NCBI GenBank assembly: GCA_965207225.1
Contig: CBDBLV010000005.1
Coordinates: 1,344,001 to 1,408,000 of the forward strand
Length of the DNA: 64,000 bases
DNA from: Dehalococcoidia bacterium
GTDB taxonomy: Bacteria > Chloroflexota > Dehalococcoidia > Plut-88900
Direction of reading: 5' to 3'
A program made the translations under genes and the position numbers. Shown here in pieces: positions 42,368-51,475 of the stretch. Position 1 is the first letter of the stretch, and every line of letters starts with the position of its first letter. Below the pieces are notes generated by a model. That model made no database searches, was not told where the DNA came from, and saw only the letters and a program-made list of their open reading frames with translations.

Positions 42368-43447
42368 ATGAACGAATACACAAGATTCGATGCTGGTGAG
42401 CTGCATCGGCTGGCGCGCTCGATATTGATGGGGTGTGGGATGAGCCATGACGATGCGGATGTGGCCGCGGGGGTGCTGCTCTATGCGGACCTGCGGGGAA
42501 TCGACTCCCATGGTGTAGCCCATCTTTCGGCGCACCAGTCTTACGTGAGGGGGATTAAGAATGGGAACGTAAACCCCTGCCCGGATGTCCAGACGGTGAG
42601 CGACAACGGCACGCTGGCGCTGGTAGACGGAGACGGGGGGCTGGGTCCAGTTGTTGGACACAGGGCGATGCAACTCGCGATTGAAAAGGCGCGGGTCTCG
42701 GGGGTGGGGCTGGTGGGGGCGTGCAACAGCAGGCACTATGGGTCTGCGGGGTACTACGCGGAAATGGCGTTACCCCACGACATGATCGGTATATCGATGA
42801 CGCAGGCGTCGCCGGCTGTACTGCCGACCCACGGAGCGAAGCGGAAACTGGGAACAAATGCAATTAGCTTCGCAATTCCCGCGGGCAAGGATCCACCTTA
42901 CGTGCTGGATATGGCCACGAGTGCCGTTGCAGTAGGCAAGTTGGAACTGGCGCGGCGGAAGTCGGAGGCAATACCGGTAGGTTGGGCGGTGGACTCGGAG
43001 GGTAGGGAGACGACGGACCCCAATGATTACTGGAGTGGAGGGGCGCTGGTGCCGCTGGGGTCGTCGCCGGAGCTAAGCAGTCACAAGGGTTTCGGGCTGG
43101 GGATGCTGGTTGACATATTGTCGGGGGTGCTGACGGGGGTGGGGTTCGGGGCGACGATGTCTCGTGAAAAGAGGGTGGTGGGACACTTCTTCGGGGCGTT
43201 CCGGGTGGACGGGTTCCGGCCGGTTGAGGAGTTCAAGGCGATGATGGATGAAATGATCCGCGACATGAAGTCGACGCCCAGGGTCCGAGAGGACCAGCCC
43301 GTGCTAATTCCCGGACAGATCGAACATGAGACCCGCCTGGAAAGGCTGCAGAACGGTGTTCCCCTGCATGGAGAGGTGGTGGAGACGTTGCAGGAATACG
43401 CCAGGGAATTCGGCGTTGAGTTTCCGGGTCCGAAGTCGAGAGGATAG
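42368..43447 (+). CDS. Ldh_2 family oxidoreductase (ComC/AllD/DpkA-like)
   Basis: ADLRGIDSHG, HYGSAGYY, GTNAI, DMATS, HKGFGL. Confidence 0.92.
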   Translation: MNEYTRFDAGELHRLARSILMGCGMSHDDADVAAGVLLYADLRGIDSHGVAHLSAHQSYVRGIKNGNVNPCPDVQTVSDNGTLALVDGDGGLGPVVGHRAMQLAIEKARVSGVGLVGACNSRHYGSAGYYAEMALPHDMIGISMTQASPAVLPTHGAKRKLGTNAISFAIPAGKDPPYVLDMATSAVAVGKLELARRKSEAIPVGWAVDSEGRETTDPNDYWSGGALVPLGSSPELSSHKGFGLGMLVDILSGVLTGVGFGATMSREKRVVGHFFGAFRVDGFRPVEEFKAMMDEMIRDMKSTPRVREDQPVLIPGQIEHETRLERLQNGVPLHGEVVETLQEYAREFGVEFPGPKSRG

Positions 43448-43461
43448 AAGGGAAACCATCT

Positions 43462-44295
43462 GTGGGGGAAATAAAGCGGATCGCAATACTGGGGGCGGGA
43501 CTATACTCCGAAATCCTGTTGGAAGTGATGACTTCAGATAAAGAGAGGGAGCGGGGAGTCGAGGTTATAGCGACCCACAGGAGGGCTGAGCGTCGGGCGG
43601 AGATCGCGGAAAGGTTTGGGATACGGGTGCTGGAGTCGAACAGGGAGGCGTGCGAGGGCGCGGACATGATCATTCCGCTGGTGAGGCCGGAGCAGATGGG
43701 TACGCTAATGAAGGAGGTTGGGTCAGTTATCAGGGAAGGGCAGATAGTAGCAACGGGCGCGGCTTCGCTTCCCCTTAGCTGGTACAGGCAATACCTGGAG
43801 GCGCCTTGCACTCTTGCCTGGGTGTTCACGCCGGTGTTCATGGGGAAGGGGGAGGGGTACATCGGGATGGCGTTCGAGCCTGGGACCTCAGAGGACCAGG
43901 TAAAGGAACTGAAGGAATACTGGGTCCGATTCGGGAACGAGATAATGGTGGTCGAGGACGGAAACCAGGACGCTTTTACCGTGCTGCAGGCGTGCAGCCA
44001 GTTCTTCCTGTACCCGGTAGTGAAGGCGATGGTCGGGTATGGTCGGGAGGCGGGGCTGCCCGTTGAGGTAGCGAAGGCTGCGTCTCTCGCGGCGCTGAGA
44101 TGTGCATCGAGGGAGCTGGAAGGCGTGGACTGCACCCCGGAAGGGCTGGAGGCGTTCATGGACTACGCCCGGGTCCCGGGGAACATGACCTTCGCGGGAA
44201 TAAAGGTGCTGGAGCGTCGGGGGGTGGAGGCGGCATTCAAGGAATGCCTGGTTGCGGCGCAGAGGCAGTCGGAGGCGAATCGGTCGGGGCTATAG
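43462..44295 (+). CDS. Divergent pyrroline-5-carboxylate reductase-like protein
   Basis: Rossmann IAILGAG, VRPEQM, C-terminal PGNMT.AG...LE..G. Confidence 0.65.
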   Translation: MGEIKRIAILGAGLYSEILLEVMTSDKERERGVEVIATHRRAERRAEIAERFGIRVLESNREACEGADMIIPLVRPEQMGTLMKEVGSVIREGQIVATGAASLPLSWYRQYLEAPCTLAWVFTPVFMGKGEGYIGMAFEPGTSEDQVKELKEYWVRFGNEIMVVEDGNQDAFTVLQACSQFFLYPVVKAMVGYGREAGLPVEVAKAASLAALRCASRELEGVDCTPEGLEAFMDYARVPGNMTFAGIKVLERRGVEAAFKECLVAAQRQSEANRSGL

Positions 44296-44994
44296 GGAGT
44301 TGTCCGGTCTGGGGCGGGACATGAGCTCCTGGAGCTTGTCGAGGTTGAAGTCGGGGGACTTACAGAACTCGATGATGGGTCGCTCCCAGTCCTCCATCTG
44401 AACTGAGGCATCGGCGATTCGGGCGGCGATGCCGGCGGGGATGGTGATCACGCCGTGCTTGTCACCGTGGATGATATCTCCGGGATGGACCTCGACTCCT
44501 CCCACAGTTACCGGACATCCGACGGCCTCCAGGTGGACGTAGGCGTGGGATACCAGCACATCAGAAGCGAAGAAGTGAAAGCCGAGATCTTCAACCTCGT
44601 CCAGGTCGCGCACACCGCCGTCGGTGACCGTACCGACACAGCCGAGGGCCTTGTGGATGTTGCCGTTGACCTCGCCCCAGAAGGATCCGATGGCGTTGGG
44701 GTAGTCCAGGTCTTTGATGACGACGACCCGGGGCCCGGGGACGCTCTGCACGTGCTCCCAGAGGTCTCTAGGTTTAGGGCCCTGGCCTTTGAAAGCGGGA
44801 GAGCGAGCGCTGATAACGGCTGTACAGGCGTAGCCGACCATGTTGCCGAGGCTGGGGAGCTGGCACTTGATCTCGGGGCCCATGAAGCCGACGCTTCTTG
44901 ACTGGATGTCAAAGGTCTCGATGGCGTTGGCGATGGTAGGGGAGGTGATTTCTCGGAGGGCCTCCAGCTGTGCAGGTGTCAGTGTCGTGGACAT
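44290..44994 (-). CDS. RraA/HMG aldolase family protein
   Basis: TIANAIE, WGEVN, TDGGVRD, PGDIIHGDKHGV. Confidence 0.88.
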   Translation of the reverse strand: MSTTLTPAQLEALREITSPTIANAIETFDIQSRSVGFMGPEIKCQLPSLGNMVGYACTAVISARSPAFKGQGPKPRDLWEHVQSVPGPRVVVIKDLDYPNAIGSFWGEVNGNIHKALGCVGTVTDGGVRDLDEVEDLGFHFFASDVLVSHAYVHLEAVGCPVTVGGVEVHPGDIIHGDKHGVITIPAGIAARIADASVQMEDWERPIIEFCKSPDFNLDKLQELMSRPRPDNSL

Positions 44995-45015
44995 GATTTC
45001 TCCGTAGATCGGGGG

Positions 45016-46026
45016 TTAGGCGGGGTCCTTAAGGCTGACCCTTTCCCTGACGGCGGGGTTTACGAGGTTGAGAGGCCAGTGACCGGTGAGGACACGGACC
45101 ATCTCCTCTCCGACGCGGCGGTGAAGGAGGTCGAAGGCGTTGTCGGAGTAAGAGGCGGTGTGGGGAAGGATGGCGACGTTGTCCATCTTGAGCAGGGGAT
45201 TGCCGGGGTCTACGGGCTCCTTTTCGAAGACGTCCAGGCCGGCGCCTGCTATTTCACCGCCTTGGAGGGCCTCGATGAGGGCAGGCTCGTCGACAACGGG
45301 GCCGCGGGAGGTATTGATGAGGAAGGCGGAGTTCTTCATCCGGCGGAACTGCTCGGCGCCCATGAGGTGATGGGTGTCGGGGGTGAGGGGGGTGTGGAGG
45401 GAAACGTAGTCGGACCTCTCAAGAAGCTCTTCGAAGGAGACGAGCTTTATCCCGACCTCGTCTGCCTGCTCCTGGGATATGAAGGGGTCGTAGCCGATGA
45501 CTTCGAGGCCGAAGACGCGGGCCTTCCGGGCCACGGCGCGGGCGATGTTGCCGCAGGCGACCAGTCCCAGGGTCTGGCCATAGATGGAGCCCATAGGATA
45601 GAGCAGGTCCCGGCCCCAGTTGCCGGCGCGGGTCCAGCCGTCCAATTTAATCAGCTTCTTGGCGGAGGCCAAGAGGAGCATCAGGGCGTGGTTGGAGACT
45701 TCTTCCCAGCAGAAGTCGGGGACGTTGGCGATGACAATGGAGTGGTCGGTGAGGGCCTGGGGATCCAGGGTGTCGATGCCGACGCCGTAGCGGACGACGA
45801 CCTTGCAGCCCGGCGGCAACGCGGCGGCAGCCTTGGCGCGAATCGGGGCGCGGATGTTGAGGATGCCGTCCATGCCTTGCGCGGCTTCAATTACCTCGTC
45901 CTCGGTCGTGCAGGGGATGGGTATGAGCTCGGCGCCGATCCGGGCGAGGGTATTGGTCTCGACGTCCAGGGGGGCGCCGAGGTTGTCGGGGTCGGTGTGA
46001 AGGACTCTGAATTTGGCTTGAGTCAT
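45016..46026 (-). CDS. D-2-hydroxyacid dehydrogenase (CtBP/PGDH-like); start at MTQAKF after GGAGG
   Basis: RYGVGID, CGNIAR, SLHTP, INTSRG, LDVFEKEP, PHTA. Confidence 0.92.
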   Translation of the reverse strand: MTQAKFRVLHTDPDNLGAPLDVETNTLARIGAELIPIPCTTEDEVIEAAQGMDGILNIRAPIRAKAAAALPPGCKVVVRYGVGIDTLDPQALTDHSIVIANVPDFCWEEVSNHALMLLLASAKKLIKLDGWTRAGNWGRDLLYPMGSIYGQTLGLVACGNIARAVARKARVFGLEVIGYDPFISQEQADEVGIKLVSFEELLERSDYVSLHTPLTPDTHHLMGAEQFRRMKNSAFLINTSRGPVVDEPALIEALQGGEIAGAGLDVFEKEPVDPGNPLLKMDNVAILPHTASYSDNAFDLLHRRVGEEMVRVLTGHWPLNLVNPAVRERVSLKDPA

Positions 46027-46110
46027 GACAAGTTTCCTCCGATCGAGGCATATGGTAGCCGTGACATACCGGACGGGCAACTCGCCGGTCTTTTATTCGG
46101 TTGTGGGTTT

Positions 46111-46152
46111 TTGATTGAACGTTGATTGAATTCATAGCCGGTTTGATTGAAC
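46111..46152. promoter_or_regulatory. Three phased TTGATTGAA direct repeats (operator candidate)
   Basis: Copies at 46111, 46122 and 46143. Confidence 0.55.
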
Positions 46153-46270
46153 GACGCCTAAAAGGGATTTCTGGGGATTTCGCGTGGCGGATGGGGGCAA
46201 GGGGAAAGGGTGGGGTTTTGATTGTTTTGCGGTTTCAGGCACGGCTTTGATTGTTTAAGGAACGTGGAGT

Positions 46271-46387
46271 GAACCCTCACCCCCTTGATCCCCCTCTCCC
46301 TTAGGGCCCTTAAGGGAGAGGGGGAGAGAAGAACAGAGACAGAGGTCGGCGCTTTTGCGCCGACCTCTGTCTCTAGTTCAATACTGG
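46271..46387. repeat. Family R1 double-hairpin repeat, copy 2 (variant second stem)
   Basis: Same frame as 14304; second stem AGAGACAGAGGTCGGCGC/GCGCCGACCTCTGTCTCT. Confidence 0.9.
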
Positions 46388-46445
46388 GTAGAAGGGAAGG
46401 AATACCCCTCAGCAGCATAGGGAGACCCTCACTCCGCACCGGGGA

Positions 46446-46523
46446 GGGCGACCCGCCGGTCGCCCCTACGGGAACCCGGCCTCGCCCCTCGGGATGGATT
46501 CCCGATCGGAGTCGGGAATGACG
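46446..46523 (-). repeat. GTAG-type REP followed by a CGTCATTCCCG-type REP
   Basis: Minus strand GTAGGGGCGACCGGCGGGTCGCCC and CGTCATTCCCGACTCCGATCGGGAATCC palindromes. Confidence 0.7.
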
Positions 46524-46559
46524 GGTGGGCAAGTCGGGGATGGCGGTGGGGTTGTGCGG

Positions 46560-47102
46560 TTGTGGGGTCTGGGTCTGCATTTTGTCTGTTTTGGCTGAGT
46601 AGGCGATGGAGGTCCAAACTCATATGCAGGGGGCGGGAGGCCAGCCTGCGCAGCCCCATAGGTTTGATATTGGTTCCGGGGGCGACCGAGAACGTCTCGG
46701 CGTGGGGCCATGCCCGTATACCAGTGGCGCTCACCCCCTCTATGAGGAGGGAGCGCGAACCCGCTACCGCCGTCTATGTGACGACGGTGGAGTCACATGG
46801 CGCTCACCCCTGTATGAGGGGGGAGCGTCGAACCCGCTTCCGTCGTCGACGTAGACGACGGTGGAGTCCCGCAAGGGCTCTAAGGCCCTGAGCCCGACAA
46901 AGTGGGGCCGTCCTTGTTCACCGGCAAGGTAAATGCCGGTTACGCAAGTACCCCGGTTAGGGGGCGTTTTGGGCAGAGTCTCTAAGAGAGGGGGCCTGCC
47001 CGTATCGAGTCGATGGACCATCCATCGCCTGGATGGTCAGGGAAGGGGCACGGGACCCGGTGGGGTCTCGGAGGCTTCCCTGGGTTTTTTGTTCCTCCTG
47101 AA
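46560..47102. ncRNA. Putative large structured non-coding element, copy B (unassigned family)
   Basis: Closing stem 46601-46616 with 47014-47030; internal 73-nt-period duplication; frame shared with copy A. Confidence 0.55.
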
Positions 47103-47131
47103 ATCATCGAAACTTAGTTCGAACCAGGAAC

Positions 47132-47159
47132 AGTTTAGCACGGGTGTAATAGAAGTCAA
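47132..47159 (-). promoter_or_regulatory. Sigma70-type promoter pointing into element B
   Basis: Minus strand TTGACT-16 nt-TAAACT with TG extended -10. Confidence 0.55.
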
Positions 47160-47206
47160 GGGTCTTGGGTGCGGGTTTTGGGGGAATATCCCCCCGCCCC
47201 TCAGGG

Positions 47207-47322
47207 GAACCCTCACCCCCTTTATCCCCCTCTCCCTTGGGGCCTATAAGGGAGAGGGGGAGAGAAGAACAGAGGCAGACGTGGGTGCAACGCACCCACG
47301 TCTGCCTCTAGTTCAGTACTGG
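47207..47322. repeat. Family R1 double-hairpin repeat, copy 3
   Basis: Near-identical to 14304-14419. Confidence 0.9.
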
Positions 47323-47639
47323 GGAAAGGGGGGGACCGCCCACCCCGCCCCAGATTCCTCGCGGGGCATCGGAATGACATGGCGGGAGGTGGGCTGGAAT
47401 GTTCAAGGGTGACGGATTGGCCACGGTGAGAGATCTCTCCCGGGGTATTGGGATGGGAGGATAGGGGGATCGGAACGGCGAGATAGGGGCATCGGGGTGG
47501 GGTTAACCGTCTGTGAGGACCAGGTCAGATTCCTGGGCGGGCAGTTGTGTTGCTAAAGGTGCGGGAAAATCAATATAATTGAAATATCGGGGCCGTGAAA
47601 TTTTCCGGTTCCGGACTCTCGGGGAAAGAGGTGTCTGAG

Positions 47640-47744
47640 ATGAAGAAGAAATTCATCATAATTGCCCTGATAGCGGCGGTAGTCGGGGCTGCGGCCAAGA
47701 TACTCAGGGGCCGCATGTCCAACAAGGAGGCGGAGGCGGACTAG
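47640..47744 (+). CDS. Small single-pass membrane peptide, 34 aa; not in the ORF track
   Basis: MKKKFIIIALIAAVVGAAAKILRGRMSNKEAEAD; GAGG RBS; TTGCTA-18-TATAAT upstream (47550-47579). Confidence 0.7.
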   Translation: MKKKFIIIALIAAVVGAAAKILRGRMSNKEAEAD

Positions 47745-47831
47745 CGGAGTCCGATCTGCCGAAAAGCGCTCGAGGCTGTGACAGGTCTGGGGCGTAGTGA
47801 CTGAACCGTATAACCGGCTACGGGACGGGTA

Positions 47832-48833
47832 CTAGACGAAGTACCTGACCCTCTCTTTCTTGTACTCCTTGGTACTGAAGAGGATCTCGTAGTCGGTTAT
47901 TCCTGTTTTCTCCGAAATTTGCCGGGCGATGCTCCGGCATTTTTCGTCGGTGCGGGAGTGGACCATGCTGAAGAGGCTGTAGGGCCAGTCGGGGTAGGTG
48001 GGGCGCTGATAGCAGTGGCTGACCTGGGGGAAAGAGGCGGCCAATTCTCCGACTTCCCTTATCCGCTCCTCGGGGACCTTCCAGCAGACCATGCCGTTGG
48101 AGGTGAACCCGGCGTTCTGGTGCCGTAAGACGGCAGCGAACCGGCGCATCAGGCCCGATTCCTGGAACCAGGTTATCCTTGCCAGCAGGTCGGGGACGGA
48201 CATGCCAAGGCGCTTTGCCATACCGTCGAAGGGGCGCGGGGCCAGGGGCACGTCTTCCTGAAGTTCGCGGACGAAGGCCCGGTCTTCTTCGGTAAGGGGG
48301 CCGGCAGCGGGCCGGGGCTTCTTTTTGGCTCGGGCTTCGGGCTCCAGCTTTTCCTCGTCTTTGGTCATGTCCAGCTTGACGCCGATCTTGAAGAGGTGCT
48401 TGGTGGGGAGGAGGCGGTATTTTTCGGCGCCGGCGCGGGTGGCGAGGGAGTCGAGCTCGGTCTCAAGCTCGGCCTCGGGGGGCACGGCGAGGGTGAACCA
48501 GATGTTGAAGTAGTGGTCACGCTTGTAGTTGTGGCTGACGCCCGGGTGCTCACTGATGACGTCGGCGACCTGGTCGACTCGGTCCTCGGGGGCGCGTACG
48601 GCGACGAGGGAGCTCTTGTAGCCGAGGCGCCGGGTGTCGAATATGGCGTTTAGCTCGCGGATTATGGCGTCGTCCTTAAGCTTGGCGATCAGGGAGATAA
48701 CCTCGCCCTCCGTCATGCCGAGTCGCGTCCCGATCTCAGCGAAGGGGGTCTCGACGAGGGGGAAATCCCACTGGAGGATGTTCAGGAGCTCTTTTTCGGT
48801 GGCGGTGAGGGCGGGGGTGGTTTTGGCGACCAT
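47832..48833 (-). CDS. Fused siroheme decarboxylase AhbA-AhbB (Lrp/AsnC-like, NirDL-like)
   Basis: Two halves: Q.DFPL..PF..HPGVSHNY.R..FNIWFT and Q.DVPL..RPF..VSHCYQRP..WPY.LFSMVH..YKK. Confidence 0.88.
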   Translation of the reverse strand: MVAKTTPALTATEKELLNILQWDFPLVETPFAEIGTRLGMTEGEVISLIAKLKDDAIIRELNAIFDTRRLGYKSSLVAVRAPEDRVDQVADVISEHPGVSHNYKRDHYFNIWFTLAVPPEAELETELDSLATRAGAEKYRLLPTKHLFKIGVKLDMTKDEEKLEPEARAKKKPRPAAGPLTEEDRAFVRELQEDVPLAPRPFDGMAKRLGMSVPDLLARITWFQESGLMRRFAAVLRHQNAGFTSNGMVCWKVPEERIREVGELAASFPQVSHCYQRPTYPDWPYSLFSMVHSRTDEKCRSIARQISEKTGITDYEILFSTKEYKKERVRYFV

Positions 48834-48872
48834 GCTTAATCCTGGTGATAAGGGGGTCGGGAGGGGGTGGGG

Positions 48873-49868
48873 TCAGCCTGCGGCGGTGGGCGCGGGCTTT
48901 ACGCCGAAGTTGTCCTTGTAGAGGTCGTAGACACGGTCCAGGTGCTCCTGGGGGAGGTCAGGGAGGTCGGGGGCCTGGGCGTAGTCCTCGAGTTGGGCGG
49001 GATCGGTTGCCGTCAACAGCACCGAGGATACGGTCTCCTGCCCAAGGCAGTATTTCAAGGCTGCCTGGCCAATGTTGAGGCCAGTGTCCTCGGTGAGGAA
49101 GCCGATCTGGTCGACCTTGTCCATGCTTTCGTCGAGCCATTCGCGTTTGCGGTAGCTGCGGTGGTCGGTCTCGGGGAATACGGTGTCCCGGTTGACTGTG
49201 CCGTCCAGCAGGCCGCTGGCGTGGGGGACACGGACGAAAAGGCCGGTGCCGCAATCTTGGGCGATGGGGAAGAAGTCCTGGGCCGGGTCCTGCTCCAGGA
49301 TGCTGTAGATAATCTGGAGAGTGGATACCGAACGCTCCTGCATTGAAGCCTGACCCTCTTCGAACCAACCGATGTCGGGGCCGAGGGCTACGCCGTAGTA
49401 GCGGATCTTGCCCTCTTTCTTCAGGTCTTCGAGGGTCTCGAAAACGTCGTCCCGCTCTATGACGTTGATGCGAGGGTTGTGAAGCTGGTATACGTCTATC
49501 CAGTCGGTATCGAGGCGTCGGAGGCTCTTTTCGCAGGCCTCGCGGATGAAATCGGGCTCGAAGTTCTGGGGTTTCTCCTTGTGACGGATACGGGCGGTAA
49601 AGGTGTAGAAGTCGTAGCCGACCTTTGTACAGAGGACGACATCGTTGCGCTGGCCCTTGAGGGCCTTGGCTACGACTTCCTCGTTGGCGCCGGAGCTGTA
49701 CTGGTCCGCGGTGTCGAAGAGGTTGATTCCGAGGTCCAGGGCGTTGTGGATAAGGGCTATGGACTGCTCTTCGTTGACGTTGCCCCACCAGTTGCTGACG
49801 AGGGTCCATGTGCCGAATCCGCATTCGGAGACTAAGAGGTCGGTGTTGGGGACGGTGCGGTACTTCAT
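48873..49868 (-). CDS. Aldo/keto reductase
   Basis: GFGTW, FDTADQY, TKVG, SLRRLDTDWIDVYQLHN, GKIRYYG. Confidence 0.92.
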   Translation of the reverse strand: MKYRTVPNTDLLVSECGFGTWTLVSNWWGNVNEEQSIALIHNALDLGINLFDTADQYSSGANEEVVAKALKGQRNDVVLCTKVGYDFYTFTARIRHKEKPQNFEPDFIREACEKSLRRLDTDWIDVYQLHNPRINVIERDDVFETLEDLKKEGKIRYYGVALGPDIGWFEEGQASMQERSVSTLQIIYSILEQDPAQDFFPIAQDCGTGLFVRVPHASGLLDGTVNRDTVFPETDHRSYRKREWLDESMDKVDQIGFLTEDTGLNIGQAALKYCLGQETVSSVLLTATDPAQLEDYAQAPDLPDLPQEHLDRVYDLYKDNFGVKPAPTAAG

Positions 49869-50446
49869 ACGGGGACGGCCGTGCCGACGGCCTCCTTGAT
49901 GCGGTTGATCTCGGTGCGAAGAGTCTCGTCGGGGACGACGGCCTGGGCGCCGGTGACGTTGATGGGCTCTTCAAGCTCCACCCATGAGACGCAGCCCCCG
50001 TATCGGGACAGGACGGGTATGGAGCGGGGGCGTTTGAGTTTCATGGCCCTGAGCAAGATGATAGACAAGGGGTGCTTGGGGCGCCATTTGAGGCGGTACT
50101 GGGCGTAGTCGTCGGTGCAGATGTAGAAGTCTTCGAGGGCAGAGACGCGCTCGGGTTCAGAGACTTCGAGGATTTCAACTACCTCGGCGAGGGTGTCTAT
50201 GATAACGGTGTCGGGAGGGGGGGCGTGGTTCTCGGTGAGGGCGAGGGCGTCGTGCCACTGGGGTTTGAGGAGGTCGGGACTCTGGTGTTCGTAGGTTGGG
50301 TAGAGGAGGAAGCGGTTGCCTTCCAGGACGAAGCGCTTCTGCTGTTCACGGATGCCTCCCTTGCGGAGGACGAGGAACTGTTCGCCCCGGGCGAGGGCCC
50401 GGGTGATTACCGCCCATTCCTTCAGAGCCAGGGATACGAAGCTCAT
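49865..50446 (-). CDS. DUF1802 family protein
   Basis: ALKEWA, RKGGIRE, FLLYPTYEHQ, YGGC.SW. Confidence 0.85.
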   Translation of the reverse strand: MSFVSLALKEWAVITRALARGEQFLVLRKGGIREQQKRFVLEGNRFLLYPTYEHQSPDLLKPQWHDALALTENHAPPPDTVIIDTLAEVVEILEVSEPERVSALEDFYICTDDYAQYRLKWRPKHPLSIILLRAMKLKRPRSIPVLSRYGGCVSWVELEEPINVTGAQAVVPDETLRTEINRIKEAVGTAVPV

Positions 50447-50455
50447 GGGTCGGGC

Positions 50456-51475
50456 CTACACCTGGTCCCTGAGCCAGCGGGAGACTTCCTTGGCGTGGTA
50501 GCTGAGGATGATGTCTGCGCCGGAGCGCTTGATGCCGGTAAGGATTTCCATGGTGACTTTCTTTTCGTCGAGCCAGCCATTACGGCCAGCGGCCTTGACC
50601 ATGGCGTATTCACCGCTGACGTTGTAAGCGCCGAGGGGTTGACGGAAGGCTTCTCGGGCCCTGGAAATCACGTCCAGGAAGGCGAGGGCAGGCTTGACCA
50701 TGATTATGTCGGCGCCTTCCTGGATGTCCAATTCGATTTCGAGAAGGGCCTCACGGGCATTGCGGGTGTCCATCTGGTAGGAGCGGCGGTCGCCAAAGGA
50801 GGGGGTGGACTGGGCGGCGTCCCGGAAGGGTCCGTAGAAGGAGGAGGCGTACTTGGCGGAGTAGGCCATGATCGGGGTGAGGTCGAGATCGTTGCGGTCA
50901 AGCATGTCCCGGATTGCGCCAACCACACCGTCCATCATGTTGGAAGGGGCGACGATGTCGGCACCGGCCTCGGCGTGGGATAGGGCAGTCCTGCTGAGGA
51001 GCTCGAGGGTTTGATCGTTATCGACGTATTCGTCGACGATGACGCCGCAGTGGCCGTGGTCGGTGTATTCGCAGAGGCATACGTCGGTGATGACAATGGT
51101 CTCCGGGCAAGCGTCCTTGATGCGGGCGACGGCTTCCTGGATAACGCCGTTGGGGTCGTAGGCACCCGTCCCTATACCATCCTTTTCATTGGGGATGCCG
51201 AAGAGGAGGACTGCCTTTACACCGAGGGCTGCGACCTCTTCGGTCTCCCGGGCTGCGAGGTCGGGGGAGAGCTGGAAGACGCCGGGCATGGAGTCGACGG
51301 GCCGCTTCTGGCCCGAGTCCTGGGTAACGAACATGGGGTATATGAAGTCGCTGGGGCTGAGGGTGGTCTCCCTGGTTAGGTCGCGCATGGCCTGGGTGCG
51401 GCGCAGGCGTCGGAGGCGCTGGGTGGGGAAGCCCGTGCCCCGGGTGGTCGCAATCTGTTCAAGCAAAGTGGTCAT
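50456..51475 (-). CDS. hemB: Porphobilinogen synthase
   Basis: RLRRLR, DVCLCEYTDHGHCG, FYGPFRDA, MVKP, AYNVSGEY. Confidence 0.97.
   Translation of the reverse strand: MTTLLEQIATTRGTGFPTQRLRRLRRTQAMRDLTRETTLSPSDFIYPMFVTQDSGQKRPVDSMPGVFQLSPDLAARETEEVAALGVKAVLLFGIPNEKDGIGTGAYDPNGVIQEAVARIKDACPETIVITDVCLCEYTDHGHCGVIVDEYVDNDQTLELLSRTALSHAEAGADIVAPSNMMDGVVGAIRDMLDRNDLDLTPIMAYSAKYASSFYGPFRDAAQSTPSFGDRRSYQMDTRNAREALLEIELDIQEGADIIMVKPALAFLDVISRAREAFRQPLGAYNVSGEYAMVKAAGRNGWLDEKKVTMEILTGIKRSGADIILSYHAKEVSRWLRDQV

Noticed and set aside
46725-46868. Tandem units as a CRISPR array
   Set aside because: Only two long imperfect units, no unique spacers and no cas genes
47832-48833. Lrp/AsnC transcription regulator
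   Set aside because: Duplicated HxYxR motifs and heme operon context indicate AhbAB siroheme decarboxylase
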